From an uncultured Spirochaetota bacterium (GTDB lineage: Bacteria; Spirochaetota; Spirochaetia; SZUA-6; Fen-1364): a stretch of 64,000 nucleotides of DNA. The notes under the pieces were generated by a model. The model had not been told where the DNA came from. It did no database searches and worked only from the letters and a program-made list of their open reading frames with translations. The position numbers were made by a program, and so were the translations under genes. The stretch is taken from positions 384,001 through 448,000 of the forward strand of contig CAWGAA010000002.1 of the NCBI GenBank assembly GCA_963820525.1, given 5' to 3'. Below are positions 50,459-59,632 of this stretch, in pieces. The stretch's first letter is position 1; the number at the start of each line of letters is the position of its first letter.

Positions 50459-51847
50459 ATGGGGGATCTTCCGTTCCTGATCAAAGTTTCCTTCACGGGG
50501 CTCGTCGTCTTTCAGCTGATTGCGCTCGCCCTGCGTTTCCCTTCCTGCGAATCGAAGGGGGAGGCCGTCGGGCTGGCTCTCCTTCTCGCGCTCCTGGGCG
50601 CGCGCCTGGTGATTCCGCCGGACTCCCCGTTCGCCGTCGCGCTTTCAGTCTGCCTTGTCTGGGTTGGCGGAGAGCTTCTCATCACCGTCATGGGAGAGAA
50701 GACCCACCTGCGCTGGGGGCTCCTGAACGCTTTTTTCCTGGCACTTCTGCAGCTCGCCTCGCTCTTCGAATACAGAAGCACCCTCTCCTTCATCGTTTTC
50801 CGCGGCTTCTTTCTCGGCGTGTTCAGCCTCTACCCGCTTCTCCTGCTTTTGCGGCTGCTGCGGAGGGACAAATGGGTCGCGGATGGATTCATCATATCCG
50901 CCGCCATCCTGATACTGCTGGCAAACGGCATCCAGCTCGTTTTCGCCTTCTTTGGGCGGCGCATCCCCGACCTCGAGATGTGGCCCGTCTGCCTTCTCAT
51001 CGGCGTCATCGGCTACCTCCTCTTCCAGGCGGGCTACCTTCTGCGGGACGGCAGGCGAAGAGGCAAGGCCGAGCTCATGGGACGCGTCGAGCTCATGCGC
51101 GCGGTGTATGGCCGGCTCCTTCGGACCGAAAACGCCCTCGTGCTGCAGGACAGGCTGATCGTCTCGGGGCTTCTCGCGATGGGGGCCGCCCATGATTTCA
51201 AGAACACCCTCGCGTACATGACGTCCACGGCCCAGCGCGCCCTCGGCCAGGCCGACCCCGATTTCAAGGACCGCGGACTTCGGCTGCTCATCCAGCATGC
51301 CGATGCCGGAGGGAAGGCGGCCGTGGAGTTCCTCGAACGGCTCTCGCGGGAGGGCAGGGAGGCGTCCCAGGCCATCGACGTGGCGGATTGCATCACGCGG
51401 CTCGTCAGGCTGGTTCGGGTGTCGTATCGGGCGCGCGGCGTCACGGTGCGACTCGATCTGCCGAAAGGGATCCGCATCTTTGCCCACCGCGGCGAGCTCG
51501 AACAGGCGCTGCTCAACCTGACGGGAAACGCCGCACAGAGTCTCGCCAGGGATGACTCCGCCGGGGAGAAGCTCATCGATATCTCCTGCCGCAGCTTCGA
51601 AGGCTCGGCGCTGATCGAGGTGAAGGACAACGCCGGGGGGGTGAGCGCGGAGGCCGTGGGAAGGCTTTTCCAAATCTGTCCACCGGCTGACGGCGGAACA
51701 GGCCTTGGCCTGTATCTCTCGCACAGCCTCATCGAGCGAAACGGAGGAACCCTTACCTATGTCGCCCTGGAGGGAGGAAGTTGCTTCCGCATCACGCTCC
51801 CCCTGGCGGAGGGCGACGCGGGTCAAGGATCCGAGATCGCGCCTTAG
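50459..51847 (+). CDS. Multi-pass membrane sensor histidine kinase
   Basis: ~7 hydrophobic segments; H box AAHDFKN, N box NLTGNA, G1 DNAGG, G2 GTGLGL. Confidence 0.88.
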   Translation: MGDLPFLIKVSFTGLVVFQLIALALRFPSCESKGEAVGLALLLALLGARLVIPPDSPFAVALSVCLVWVGGELLITVMGEKTHLRWGLLNAFFLALLQLASLFEYRSTLSFIVFRGFFLGVFSLYPLLLLLRLLRRDKWVADGFIISAAILILLANGIQLVFAFFGRRIPDLEMWPVCLLIGVIGYLLFQAGYLLRDGRRRGKAELMGRVELMRAVYGRLLRTENALVLQDRLIVSGLLAMGAAHDFKNTLAYMTSTAQRALGQADPDFKDRGLRLLIQHADAGGKAAVEFLERLSREGREASQAIDVADCITRLVRLVRVSYRARGVTVRLDLPKGIRIFAHRGELEQALLNLTGNAAQSLARDDSAGEKLIDISCRSFEGSALIEVKDNAGGVSAEAVGRLFQICPPADGGTGLGLYLSHSLIERNGGTLTYVALEGGSCFRITLPLAEGDAGQGSEIAP

Positions 51848-51860
51848 CTTCCCCGATCAT

Positions 51861-51891
51861 CAAAAAGCGCCCCGAGAGGGGGCGCTTTTTG
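51861..51891. terminator. Bidirectional intrinsic terminator
   Basis: CAAAAAGCGCCCC-GAGAG-GGGGCGCTTTTTG between convergent genes. Confidence 0.88.
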
Positions 51892-51918
51892 AGAGCCGAT
51901 TGGCCTGATGCAAGCTCG

Positions 51919-52356
51919 CTACGGCAGAGAAATGAGAATGCTCGCGGGGCTCGAAGAGCCGCTCATGTACACGGCCGGCGGTGTTCTGGCGTACTCGTCG
52001 AAATCGAGATAGCCGTTATCATTGGAATCGAACCAAGCGGTCACCGCGTAGGTGCCGTCGGAGAGGAAGTCGAAGGCGGCGCCCGCGTAGCATCGATAGC
52101 TTGTTGAAGAGCCCATGACCATCGAGTCCCTGTACCACGTCACGCTCGTGTCCATGTTCTCCAACCTGATCCACACTTTGTGAGCGTACCAGTCCGTGAT
52201 GGCTGAAGGATCCACCGCCACGTCGACGCTCACCGAGTTGGTCCCCTTGTCCCTGCCCGTCTGATCGGGGTAGATGCTTTCCAGCATCGCATCGCATCCG
52301 GCCAGGAGGAAAACGGCGGCCGCTGCGAGAATGACGATCGGTATGATCTTTTTCAT
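51919..52356 (-). CDS. Hypothetical lipoprotein
   Basis: MKK + hydrophobic stretch + LAGC lipobox; GTYAVTAWFDSNDNG motif. Confidence 0.82.
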   Translation of the reverse strand: MKKIIPIVILAAAAVFLLAGCDAMLESIYPDQTGRDKGTNSVSVDVAVDPSAITDWYAHKVWIRLENMDTSVTWYRDSMVMGSSTSYRCYAGAAFDFLSDGTYAVTAWFDSNDNGYLDFDEYARTPPAVYMSGSSSPASILISLP

Positions 52357-52368
52357 CGCGTTCCTCCT

Positions 52369-52971
52369 CTATTTCAGGTAGAAGGTGACCTGGAGCGAGG
52401 GGACCAGGCTCTCCACGATGTTGTTCCATGCCCACGCCCGAGACTCCTTGTCGCCAAGGGCGTCGAGGGTGGCAGTCAGGTCCTGCCAGCTCGCGAAGAC
52501 CGACGTGCCCGTCAGCGAAACCCCTATCCAGCCGAACTTGACTCCCGCTCCGACGCGAAGGTTCGCGCCGAAGCCTCCCGGCAACATCCCCTCCTGGTAG
52601 ACGTAGAGACAGTTGGTCCCCACCTCGGCAAAGGCCACGAGGGGTTTGAGATTCAGCTTGATGCCCACGTCGAAGAGGTTCAGGAAGCCGGGAGCGTAAT
52701 AGCCTGAGACATACCGCTGTGACGCGCCGTCCCAGTACCCCGTCCAGTTCTCAACCATGAAGTTGGGCAGGGCGAATGCGTCCCACGACAGATAGAGAAT
52801 GGACCAGCTGTACGCCACGTGATATCCGACAATGGAGTCGAGCTCCGTCTGATTGCCGTATACTGTCTGGGAAACCGGAGTCCAGGACATTCCCAGTTCC
52901 CATTCGGCGAAGGCGGGGGTCGCCAGGGCCAGAAGCACGAGCACAGCCAACGGGATGAGCAATTTCTTCAT
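52369..52971 (-). CDS. Putative small outer-membrane beta-barrel protein
   Basis: Signal peptide MKKLL...PAFA, aromatic amphipathic strands, ends VTFYLK; SD GGAGG. Confidence 0.75.
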   Translation of the reverse strand: MKKLLIPLAVLVLLALATPAFAEWELGMSWTPVSQTVYGNQTELDSIVGYHVAYSWSILYLSWDAFALPNFMVENWTGYWDGASQRYVSGYYAPGFLNLFDVGIKLNLKPLVAFAEVGTNCLYVYQEGMLPGGFGANLRVGAGVKFGWIGVSLTGTSVFASWQDLTATLDALGDKESRAWAWNNIVESLVPSLQVTFYLK

Positions 52972-53103
52972 GAAGGCACCTCCTTCCCTTGTGCGAGAGT
53001 CGACGCTAGATATAACACCCTCCGGCGAAAAAACTGTCATACCCCCATTCCGGCGGCTTGAGCGCGGCGGATTTACGGATATACTGGGCACAGCGGGGAG
53101 GGC

Positions 53104-54216
53104 ATGGGCCGAAAGATTCTTGCAATAAATCCCGGATCCACTTCCACGAAGATCGCCCTCTACGACGAGGCCGAGGAGCTGTGGAAAAAGGGGCTCGCCC
53201 ATCGCTCGGAGGACCTTGCGCGTTTTGCAAAGCTCATGGACCAGATGGACTTTCGAAGCTCCGCCGTGCGGGAAAGCCTTCGCCAGGCTGGAGGTTTGGA
53301 GGCTTCGGATCTTCGCGCGGTGGTTGGCAGGGGGGGACTTTTGAAGCCCCTTGCCGGCGGCGTGTACGAGGTGAACGACCGGATGAAGGCGGACCTGGCT
53401 GCCTGCCGGTACGGGACCCATGCATCGAATCTCGGGGCCTTGATCGCCGACTCGCTGGCCAGGGAGTATCGCGTACCTGCCTATATCGTGGATCCCGTTG
53501 TCGTGGACGAGCTCGATCCCCTTGCCCGCTACTCCGGAGTTCCAGAGATCCCCCGCCGCTCGATCTTCCACGCCCTCAACCAGAAGGCCACGGCGAAGAA
53601 GGCGGCCCGCAGCCTGGGAAAGCCGTACACGGACTGCTCACTCATCGTGGCTCACCTGGGCGGAGGGACGTCGATCGGAGTGCACGTGGGCGGGAGGGTC
53701 GTGGACGTGAACAATGCCCTGGATGGAGAGGGCCCTTTCTCCATCGAGAGGGCGGGAACGGTGCCGGCCGGGGATTGGATGCGCTACGTGCTCTCACGCC
53801 AGGGGGAAGGCCAGGCCCTGCAGCTCAAGCTGACGGGAAGGGGAGGGCTCGTCGCGTATCTCCAGACCAATGACTTCACCGCCATCGAGAAGGCGGCCGC
53901 CGACTGCCGGGAGGGCGCCGCAGGCGGGGAGGGGGGGCCCGACGGCAGGCTCTGCCTCGAGCTGATCCAGGCCATGTGCTACCAGGTGGCGAAATCCATC
54001 GCGGGGCTCTCCGCGGTCGTGGGGGGGAGGCTCGACGCCGTCGTGCTCACGGGAGGCCTTGCCTTTTCCCGCGGCGTGGTGGAAGATATTACGCGGCGCG
54101 TTTCTTTCCTCGCGCCCGTGCTCCTCTTTCCCGGAGAGAACGAGCTGGAAGCCCTCGCAATGGGCGTTCGCGAAGTGCTCGAAGGGGAGGCGGAGGCGAA
54201 AACCTACCTCGGGTGA
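53104..54216 (+). CDS. buk: Butyrate kinase
   Basis: INPGSTSTK, GRGG, HASNLG, VDPVVVDE, HALNQKA, HLGGG, LTGG, PGENE. Confidence 0.96.
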   Translation: MGRKILAINPGSTSTKIALYDEAEELWKKGLAHRSEDLARFAKLMDQMDFRSSAVRESLRQAGGLEASDLRAVVGRGGLLKPLAGGVYEVNDRMKADLAACRYGTHASNLGALIADSLAREYRVPAYIVDPVVVDELDPLARYSGVPEIPRRSIFHALNQKATAKKAARSLGKPYTDCSLIVAHLGGGTSIGVHVGGRVVDVNNALDGEGPFSIERAGTVPAGDWMRYVLSRQGEGQALQLKLTGRGGLVAYLQTNDFTAIEKAAADCREGAAGGEGGPDGRLCLELIQAMCYQVAKSIAGLSAVVGGRLDAVVLTGGLAFSRGVVEDITRRVSFLAPVLLFPGENELEALAMGVREVLEGEAEAKTYLG

Positions 54217-54229
54217 GGAGTCGAGAGTG

Positions 54230-54760
54230 ATGAAGGGTCAAGACTACAAGAGACGCATCAAGGTGATCGACAGCCCCTTCCAGTACCGGATGGTCGCCAC
54301 GTACCTCGCGGTGGTGCTGGCCGGCTTCGTCGTGTTCTCCGTCGGGCTCTTCCTCTACTATTGGGTCTCCTACGCGTACGGCGACAACCTCTTCAAGGAG
54401 ATCATCACCCTGCACAAGCAGGTCAGCGAAACGCGGGTGGTCGAGGAAAACGGGGTCTCCAAGACCCTCACCTACACCACGACGCGCGACGTTCCGGGGG
54501 TGAACAGGCTGGAGCTTATCCTGCCGCCGCTTCTCATCAACAATCTCGCCATCATGATCTTCGTCATCGTCGTGGGGATCCTCACCTCTCACAGGATCGC
54601 GGGCCCCGTGTATCGAGTGGAGTCGGAGATCGATCGGGTCCTGGCTGGAGAGAAGGGCGTGCGGGTGAAGATCCGCGGGCGCGACCGCTTCCCCGAGCTT
54701 GCCGAAAAGGTCAACAGGCTCATTGAGCGCGCTGAAGCAGCCGGTGATCGCCAGCTCTGA
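54230..54760 (+). CDS. Small two-TM membrane protein ending in a HAMP domain
   Basis: RR..IDSPFQ N-terminus, two TMs, SHRIAGPVYR...RGRDRFPELAEKVN. Confidence 0.8.
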   Translation: MKGQDYKRRIKVIDSPFQYRMVATYLAVVLAGFVVFSVGLFLYYWVSYAYGDNLFKEIITLHKQVSETRVVEENGVSKTLTYTTTRDVPGVNRLELILPPLLINNLAIMIFVIVVGILTSHRIAGPVYRVESEIDRVLAGEKGVRVKIRGRDRFPELAEKVNRLIERAEAAGDRQL

Positions 54761-55817
54761 GATCCGCGAGCCTTCCAATCGCAAGTACCTCGGCTCCAAG
54801 AGACTCCTGCGCGCCTGGATCTGCGACATCGTGGCTGACTCACGCGGCGTTCCGAAGTCGTTCCTGGACGGATTCTGCGGCACGGGCTGCGTGGGCGTGG
54901 AGATGTCCCGCAGGGGAGCGGCGCGGGTCGTGGCGGTCGACAACCTCCTCTCCAACTGCGTCATCCTGCGCGGGTTTGTCGCGGCGAGCGGAAAACGGGC
55001 CGACCGAAAGTCCCTGGGCGATCTCGTCGCTCGCCTGAACGCCCTTGATCCGCGGCCCGGCTACATCGCCGGAAACTTCGCGGGTACCTACTTCACCGCG
55101 GAGAACTGCGCCCGCATGGACGCCATGCGGGAGGAGATCGAGCGCCTGCGAGCCGGCGGGGAGATCTCCCCGGCCTGTCACGACTACCTCCTGGCTTCGT
55201 TCCTCCTTGCCGCCGACAGGGTGGCCAACACGCTGGGCCAGTACGATGCCTTCATGAAGAACATCGACTCCGGCACGGGTTTTCGGGGCGGGCGTCACGT
55301 CGTCGACGAGAGGGTAAAAACCCCGATCACGCTCCAACCCCTGGCGGACATCGGGATGGAAGAAGTCGAGGTGGTTTTCGGGGACATCCTCGCGCTCATG
55401 CCTTCGATCTCGGTGGAGGCGGCCTATTTCGATCCGCCTTACAACGGCAGACAGTATTGCGACAATTATCACGTGCTGGAGAACCTGGCCCGCTGGGAGA
55501 AGCCTCCCCTGTTCGGCAAGACCAGGAAGTTCGACAGAAGCGCTATGCGCAGCCCCTTTTCGCGACGCTCCGAAGCGGCCGCCGCGCTCGGCGCGCTCAT
55601 TGCGGCAACCGCTTCCCTGCATATCTTTCTCTCCTACAGCTCGGAGGGCATTCTCTCCCGCCAGAGCATCGAAGAGATCCTCCGGCGCTTCGGCGAGGTC
55701 AGGGTCCACGAGCTGCCCTACCCCGTTTTCGGCAATGGAGCGGGCGTATCACGCAGGAGGCAGGTCGTCGAGTACCTGTTCTCACTCGAACGCGGGGAGG
55801 GCATCCGTGGGGAGTAA
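54744..55817 (+). CDS. Adenine-specific DNA methyltransferase (M.NlaIII/FokI-like, D12 class)
   Basis: YLGSK, DGFCGTG, AADRVANT, DPPYNGRQY..NYHVLE, LSYS; start uncertain. Confidence 0.88.
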   Translation: MIASSEIREPSNRKYLGSKRLLRAWICDIVADSRGVPKSFLDGFCGTGCVGVEMSRRGAARVVAVDNLLSNCVILRGFVAASGKRADRKSLGDLVARLNALDPRPGYIAGNFAGTYFTAENCARMDAMREEIERLRAGGEISPACHDYLLASFLLAADRVANTLGQYDAFMKNIDSGTGFRGGRHVVDERVKTPITLQPLADIGMEEVEVVFGDILALMPSISVEAAYFDPPYNGRQYCDNYHVLENLARWEKPPLFGKTRKFDRSAMRSPFSRRSEAAAALGALIAATASLHIFLSYSSEGILSRQSIEEILRRFGEVRVHELPYPVFGNGAGVSRRRQVVEYLFSLERGEGIRGE

Positions 55818-56664
55818 GAGGGAAATACTCGACGAGAATGGCGAGTCGCGCGGGTTCTACTCCGAAGACAATCGGGTCAACGACCTGACGGGGCGCGAGT
55901 GGGTCTTCTGGAGCCGTTCCGTAATCACCAAGCCGTACCCCCCCGACATGCAGCATGCCCTTCGAAACGCTCACGGAGGGCAGAAGCCTCCCCGGCTCTG
56001 CGAGGACCTGATCAGGGCGTTCACCAAGGCCGGGCAGTCCATCCTCGACCCCTTCATGGGGGTGGGCGGCGTGCTTCTGGGAGCTGCCCTCAGCGGCCGC
56101 ACGGCGGTGGGAATCGAGATCAACGGGAAATGGATCGACGTCTACAGGGAGGTATGCAGGCGTGAAGGCCTCACCGAGCAGGAGGCCATCCAGGGCGACG
56201 CACGCGAGGTCCTCGCCTCCTTGGAAGGCCGCGCCTTTCACTGCGTTCTCACGGACGTGCCGTACTGGAAGATGGACAAGGCGCCCAGGTCCCCCGGCAC
56301 CTACAAGAAGGTCGGCCAGAAGGCGAAGCCGGCGCGCAGGAGCGGCCTGGCCGCGTTCGATGCCGTATCGTATGCCTCCAAGGAGGAGTGGCTGCTGAGC
56401 ATGGAGGAGATCTTCCGGCAGGCGGCGCGGCTCCTTTTGCCGCAGGGGTACCTGCTTACCTTCATCGGAGACATGTACCGGGACAACCGCTATCACTGCC
56501 TTTCAGCCGAGCTCGCTTCGGCTCTGGCGAGGATCCCGGGCCTCGTGTGGAAGGCGAACATCGTCTGGTACGACGTGTCCAAGAAGCTGCACCTCTACGG
56601 CTACCAGTATGCCTACATCCCCTCCCTTATCCACCAGAACATCCTCGTGTTCAGAAAAGAGTAG
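55807..56664 (+). CDS. N4/N6-type (TRM11-like) SAM-dependent methyltransferase
   Basis: NDLTGREW, HGGQKP, DPFMGVG, GIEIN, TDVPYW; GTG start after SD GGGGAGG. Confidence 0.82.
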   Translation: MGSKREILDENGESRGFYSEDNRVNDLTGREWVFWSRSVITKPYPPDMQHALRNAHGGQKPPRLCEDLIRAFTKAGQSILDPFMGVGGVLLGAALSGRTAVGIEINGKWIDVYREVCRREGLTEQEAIQGDAREVLASLEGRAFHCVLTDVPYWKMDKAPRSPGTYKKVGQKAKPARRSGLAAFDAVSYASKEEWLLSMEEIFRQAARLLLPQGYLLTFIGDMYRDNRYHCLSAELASALARIPGLVWKANIVWYDVSKKLHLYGYQYAYIPSLIHQNILVFRKE

Positions 56665-56792
56665 CGCCGGCGGCGATTCTCGCGAAGGGTGGCCCGACAC
56701 CCCCGCGATACGCCCCCCCTCGCGGCCCTTTTTCAGTTTTCGCCTTCCGCTGTCGATGGGGAAGAGAGACCTTTTCGCGGAAGGAGCAAGAG

Positions 56793-57221
56793 ATGAAGAC
56801 CCTGGTTTCCGCTTTCGTTGCCATGCTCGTGGCCGGAGCCCTGTGCGCCCTCGATGCCAAGGCGAGCGGCCAGGGCGGAGCCAAGCCGCTCGCTCCCCCC
56901 GCTCGAGCGGGGCAGGGCCCCCCTGCCTCGAAGTCGGAGACGGACGCCAACGGCGACGGGGCAGCCGACTTCGTCATCTTCTTCGATTCGCGGGGCCGCA
57001 AGGAGCGCGAGGAGCTCGACTTCAACTTCGATGGAAAGATGGACGACATGCTGTACTATACCGACGGGGTTCTGACCCGCGAGGAGATCGACTCCGATTT
57101 CGACGGCGCAATCGACGTCTGGGTGTACCTCGATGGCGGCGTCTACGTGAAGCGCTATGAAAGGGACCTCAACGGGGACGGCGTCCCCGATGTCGTGAAA
57201 GACTTCGGACAGAAGAAGTAG
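56793..57221 (+). CDS. Secreted protein with DxDxDG (EF-hand-like) repeats
   Basis: Signal peptide; DANGDG, DFNFDG, DSDFDG and DLNGDG at ~22-aa spacing; SD AAGGAG. Confidence 0.8.
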   Translation: MKTLVSAFVAMLVAGALCALDAKASGQGGAKPLAPPARAGQGPPASKSETDANGDGAADFVIFFDSRGRKEREELDFNFDGKMDDMLYYTDGVLTREEIDSDFDGAIDVWVYLDGGVYVKRYERDLNGDGVPDVVKDFGQKK

Positions 57222-57226
57222 GATCC

Positions 57227-57961
57227 ATGGCCGAGCACGTCAGCGGATACCACGCCATAGAAGAGACCCTCAAGAAGAGGAACGTCAGGGGGACGCTTTT
57301 CCTCTCCCGGAGCAACGAGAGGATCGAGCAGCTGCGGGAGCTCGCGGAACGCTCGGGGGTGGCCGTCAGCGAGGTCGGGGAGGGGGAGCTCACCCGCCTC
57401 TCGGGCTCCCCCTCCCACAAGGGTGCCCTTCTCGTCGTCGAGAAACCCTCGGGAGTCATGGCAACGGACCTGAAGGAATGGCTTTCCTCGTTCAGCTCGG
57501 AGGCCGCCCTGGTCCTCGCCCTCGACCATATCACGGACCCCCAGAACCTCGGAGCGATTCTGCGCTCGGCGGACCAGTTCACGGCCGACATGGTCCTCCT
57601 GCCCTCCCGCCGCTCGGCCCAGGAGACCCAAACCGTTGCCAAGGTATCGTCGGGCACCAGCGCCTACGTGCCTCTCCTGGTGGTGTCAAACCTCGCGACT
57701 TCCCTGGAGCTGTTGAAGAAGAACGGCTTCTGGATCTATGGGGCCGACATGGCGGGCGAGCGGGTGGACCGCGCCGACCTGCGCGGCAGGGTCTGCCTCG
57801 TGATGGGAAACGAGGGTGAGGGACTGCACAGGCTGGTCAAGGAGAAGTGCGACGTGCTTCTCCGCATTCCCTCAGCGGGGCACGTGGATTCCTTCAACGT
57901 GTCGGCCGCGGCGGCCATCCTCATGTACGAGACGCGCCGTCAGCAGGGGTTCCCATCCTGA
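57227..57961 (+). CDS. rlmB: 23S rRNA (Gm2251) 2'-O-methyltransferase, TrmH/SpoU family
   Basis: LDHITDPQNLGAILRS, GNEGEG, DSFNVS. Confidence 0.9.
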   Translation: MAEHVSGYHAIEETLKKRNVRGTLFLSRSNERIEQLRELAERSGVAVSEVGEGELTRLSGSPSHKGALLVVEKPSGVMATDLKEWLSSFSSEAALVLALDHITDPQNLGAILRSADQFTADMVLLPSRRSAQETQTVAKVSSGTSAYVPLLVVSNLATSLELLKKNGFWIYGADMAGERVDRADLRGRVCLVMGNEGEGLHRLVKEKCDVLLRIPSAGHVDSFNVSAAAAILMYETRRQQGFPS

Positions 57962-58349
57962 GGATCCGCTCGGCAAGGAGGACGGCGTTCTGCACCCCCT
58001 GCATGCCGATCCCCATTGTGGCAACGGGAACGCCCTTGGGAAGCTGGAGGATCGACAGAAGGGCATCGACGCCTCCCAGCGTGCCCGAGACGAGAGGAAC
58101 CCCGATCACGGGGCAACTCACGATCGAAGCCACCACTCCCGGAAGGGCTGCCGAGAGCCCGGCTGCCGCGATGACGAGCCGGTAGTCATTTTCTTCCGTT
58201 TTCAGGAACGAGACGAGCTGCTCGAGGTTCCTGTGCGCCGAGAGGACCTTGAGATCGAAGCTGATCCGCTTTTCCTTCAGGGATTCGATGCCGGGCTCGA
58301 TGGCTTCCCTGTCGGACTCCGAGCCGATCAGCAAAAGGACGTCCTTCAC
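57921..58349 (-). CDS. purE: PurE (AIR carboxylase / N5-CAIR mutase)
   Basis: GSESD, SAHR, PVIGVP, GVDALLS, PKGVPVAT; GTGA overlap with purD stop. Confidence 0.92.
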   Translation of the reverse strand: MKDVLLLIGSESDREAIEPGIESLKEKRISFDLKVLSAHRNLEQLVSFLKTEENDYRLVIAAAGLSAALPGVVASIVSCPVIGVPLVSGTLGGVDALLSILQLPKGVPVATMGIGMQGVQNAVLLAERILRMGTPADGASRT

Positions 58350-59632
58350 GATTTTCCTCCCATGAACTTCCGGCCGATGTCTCCGCGATGCCACCCGCCC
58401 TCGAAGCGGACTCGCCCTACCGCCTCGTACGCCGCCTCGGAAGCCTCCCGGAGATCCCCGCCAAGACCCACCACCGTGAAGCATCTGCCCCCGCCCGTGA
58501 CGATGCGGCCGGAGGAATCTCTCGTCGTGGAGGCATGAAATATCTGGGTCCGGCCGTCGTCCCGACCGGGAGAGATCTCGACCGGTACGCCCTTGCGGGA
58601 GCTTTCGGGGTAGCCCTGGCTCGCGATCACGACGCCGAGGGCCGCCTTGGCTGAGCTTGAGCCTGCGGCCGCTCCCCGAAGCTCTGCCGCCATTCGCGCA
58701 AGCCCTCCAGAGGCGAGAGCCTCGGTCAGCTCGCCGAAGTCGATATCCAGCACGGGCAGGAGAACCTGGGTCTCGGGATCTCCGAATCTGACATTGAACT
58801 CAAGCACCTTCGGCCCGGCCGCGGTGATCATGAGGCCGAAGTAGAGAATCCCGGCGTACGACAGCTTCTCCCTGGCCATGGCGGCATAGGTCGGCTCCAC
58901 CACCTCGCGTCCTATCCTGTCCATGAGCGCCGCGTCGGCCAAGGGCATCGGGCAGATCGATCCCATTCCCCCCGTATTGGGGCCTCTGTCGCCGTCGAGG
59001 GCCTTCTTGAAATCCGTGCAGGGGGGCAGCACGAGGTGGCTTTCGCCGTCGCTCAGGCCGAACACCGAGACCTCCCAGCCTTCCAGGTATTCCTCCACCA
59101 GGAGGCGGTCGCCGGAGAGGATGGACCTTCCGAAGGCGGCAAGCTCATCCCCGCTGGAAGACTCAAGCACCCCCTTGCCTGCGGCGAGGCCGCTCTTCTT
59201 CACGACGAGCCTGCGGCCGTGCTGGGAACGGATGGAGCGCTCGAAGGCGGCGGCATCGTCGAACTCGACGGCCTTCGCTGTGGGAATTCCGTTCCGCACC
59301 AGGAATGACTTGGAGAAGGCCTTGCTCGATTCGAGCTCCGCCGCCCTTTTGTCGGGACCGATGGCGGGGATCCCGCGGTCCGCGAGAAAATCGACAACCC
59401 CCGCGGCGAGGGGAGCCTCGGGTCCGACAAACACGCACTCGATGCCTTTCTCCTGGACCGCCTGGAGCACGGAATCGAAAGCCAGGGGATTCACGCCGGG
59501 AAGGTTTTCGGCGACATCCCCCGTGCCTGCATTGCCCGGTCCGGCAAAAACGCGCGCCACTCTGGGGCTTGCGGCGAGCTTCCAGGCGATGGCATGCTCG
59601 CGCGCTCCCGAGCCGAGAACCAGCACCCTCAC
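58346..59632 (-). CDS. purD: Phosphoribosylamine-glycine ligase
   Basis: GSGAREHA, GPEAPL, GLAAGKGV, GPNTGGMG, EFNVRFGDPE. Confidence 0.97.
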   Translation of the reverse strand: MRVLVLGSGAREHAIAWKLAASPRVARVFAGPGNAGTGDVAENLPGVNPLAFDSVLQAVQEKGIECVFVGPEAPLAAGVVDFLADRGIPAIGPDKRAAELESSKAFSKSFLVRNGIPTAKAVEFDDAAAFERSIRSQHGRRLVVKKSGLAAGKGVLESSSGDELAAFGRSILSGDRLLVEEYLEGWEVSVFGLSDGESHLVLPPCTDFKKALDGDRGPNTGGMGSICPMPLADAALMDRIGREVVEPTYAAMAREKLSYAGILYFGLMITAAGPKVLEFNVRFGDPETQVLLPVLDIDFGELTEALASGGLARMAAELRGAAAGSSSAKAALGVVIASQGYPESSRKGVPVEISPGRDDGRTQIFHASTTRDSSGRIVTGGGRCFTVVGLGGDLREASEAAYEAVGRVRFEGGWHRGDIGRKFMGGKS

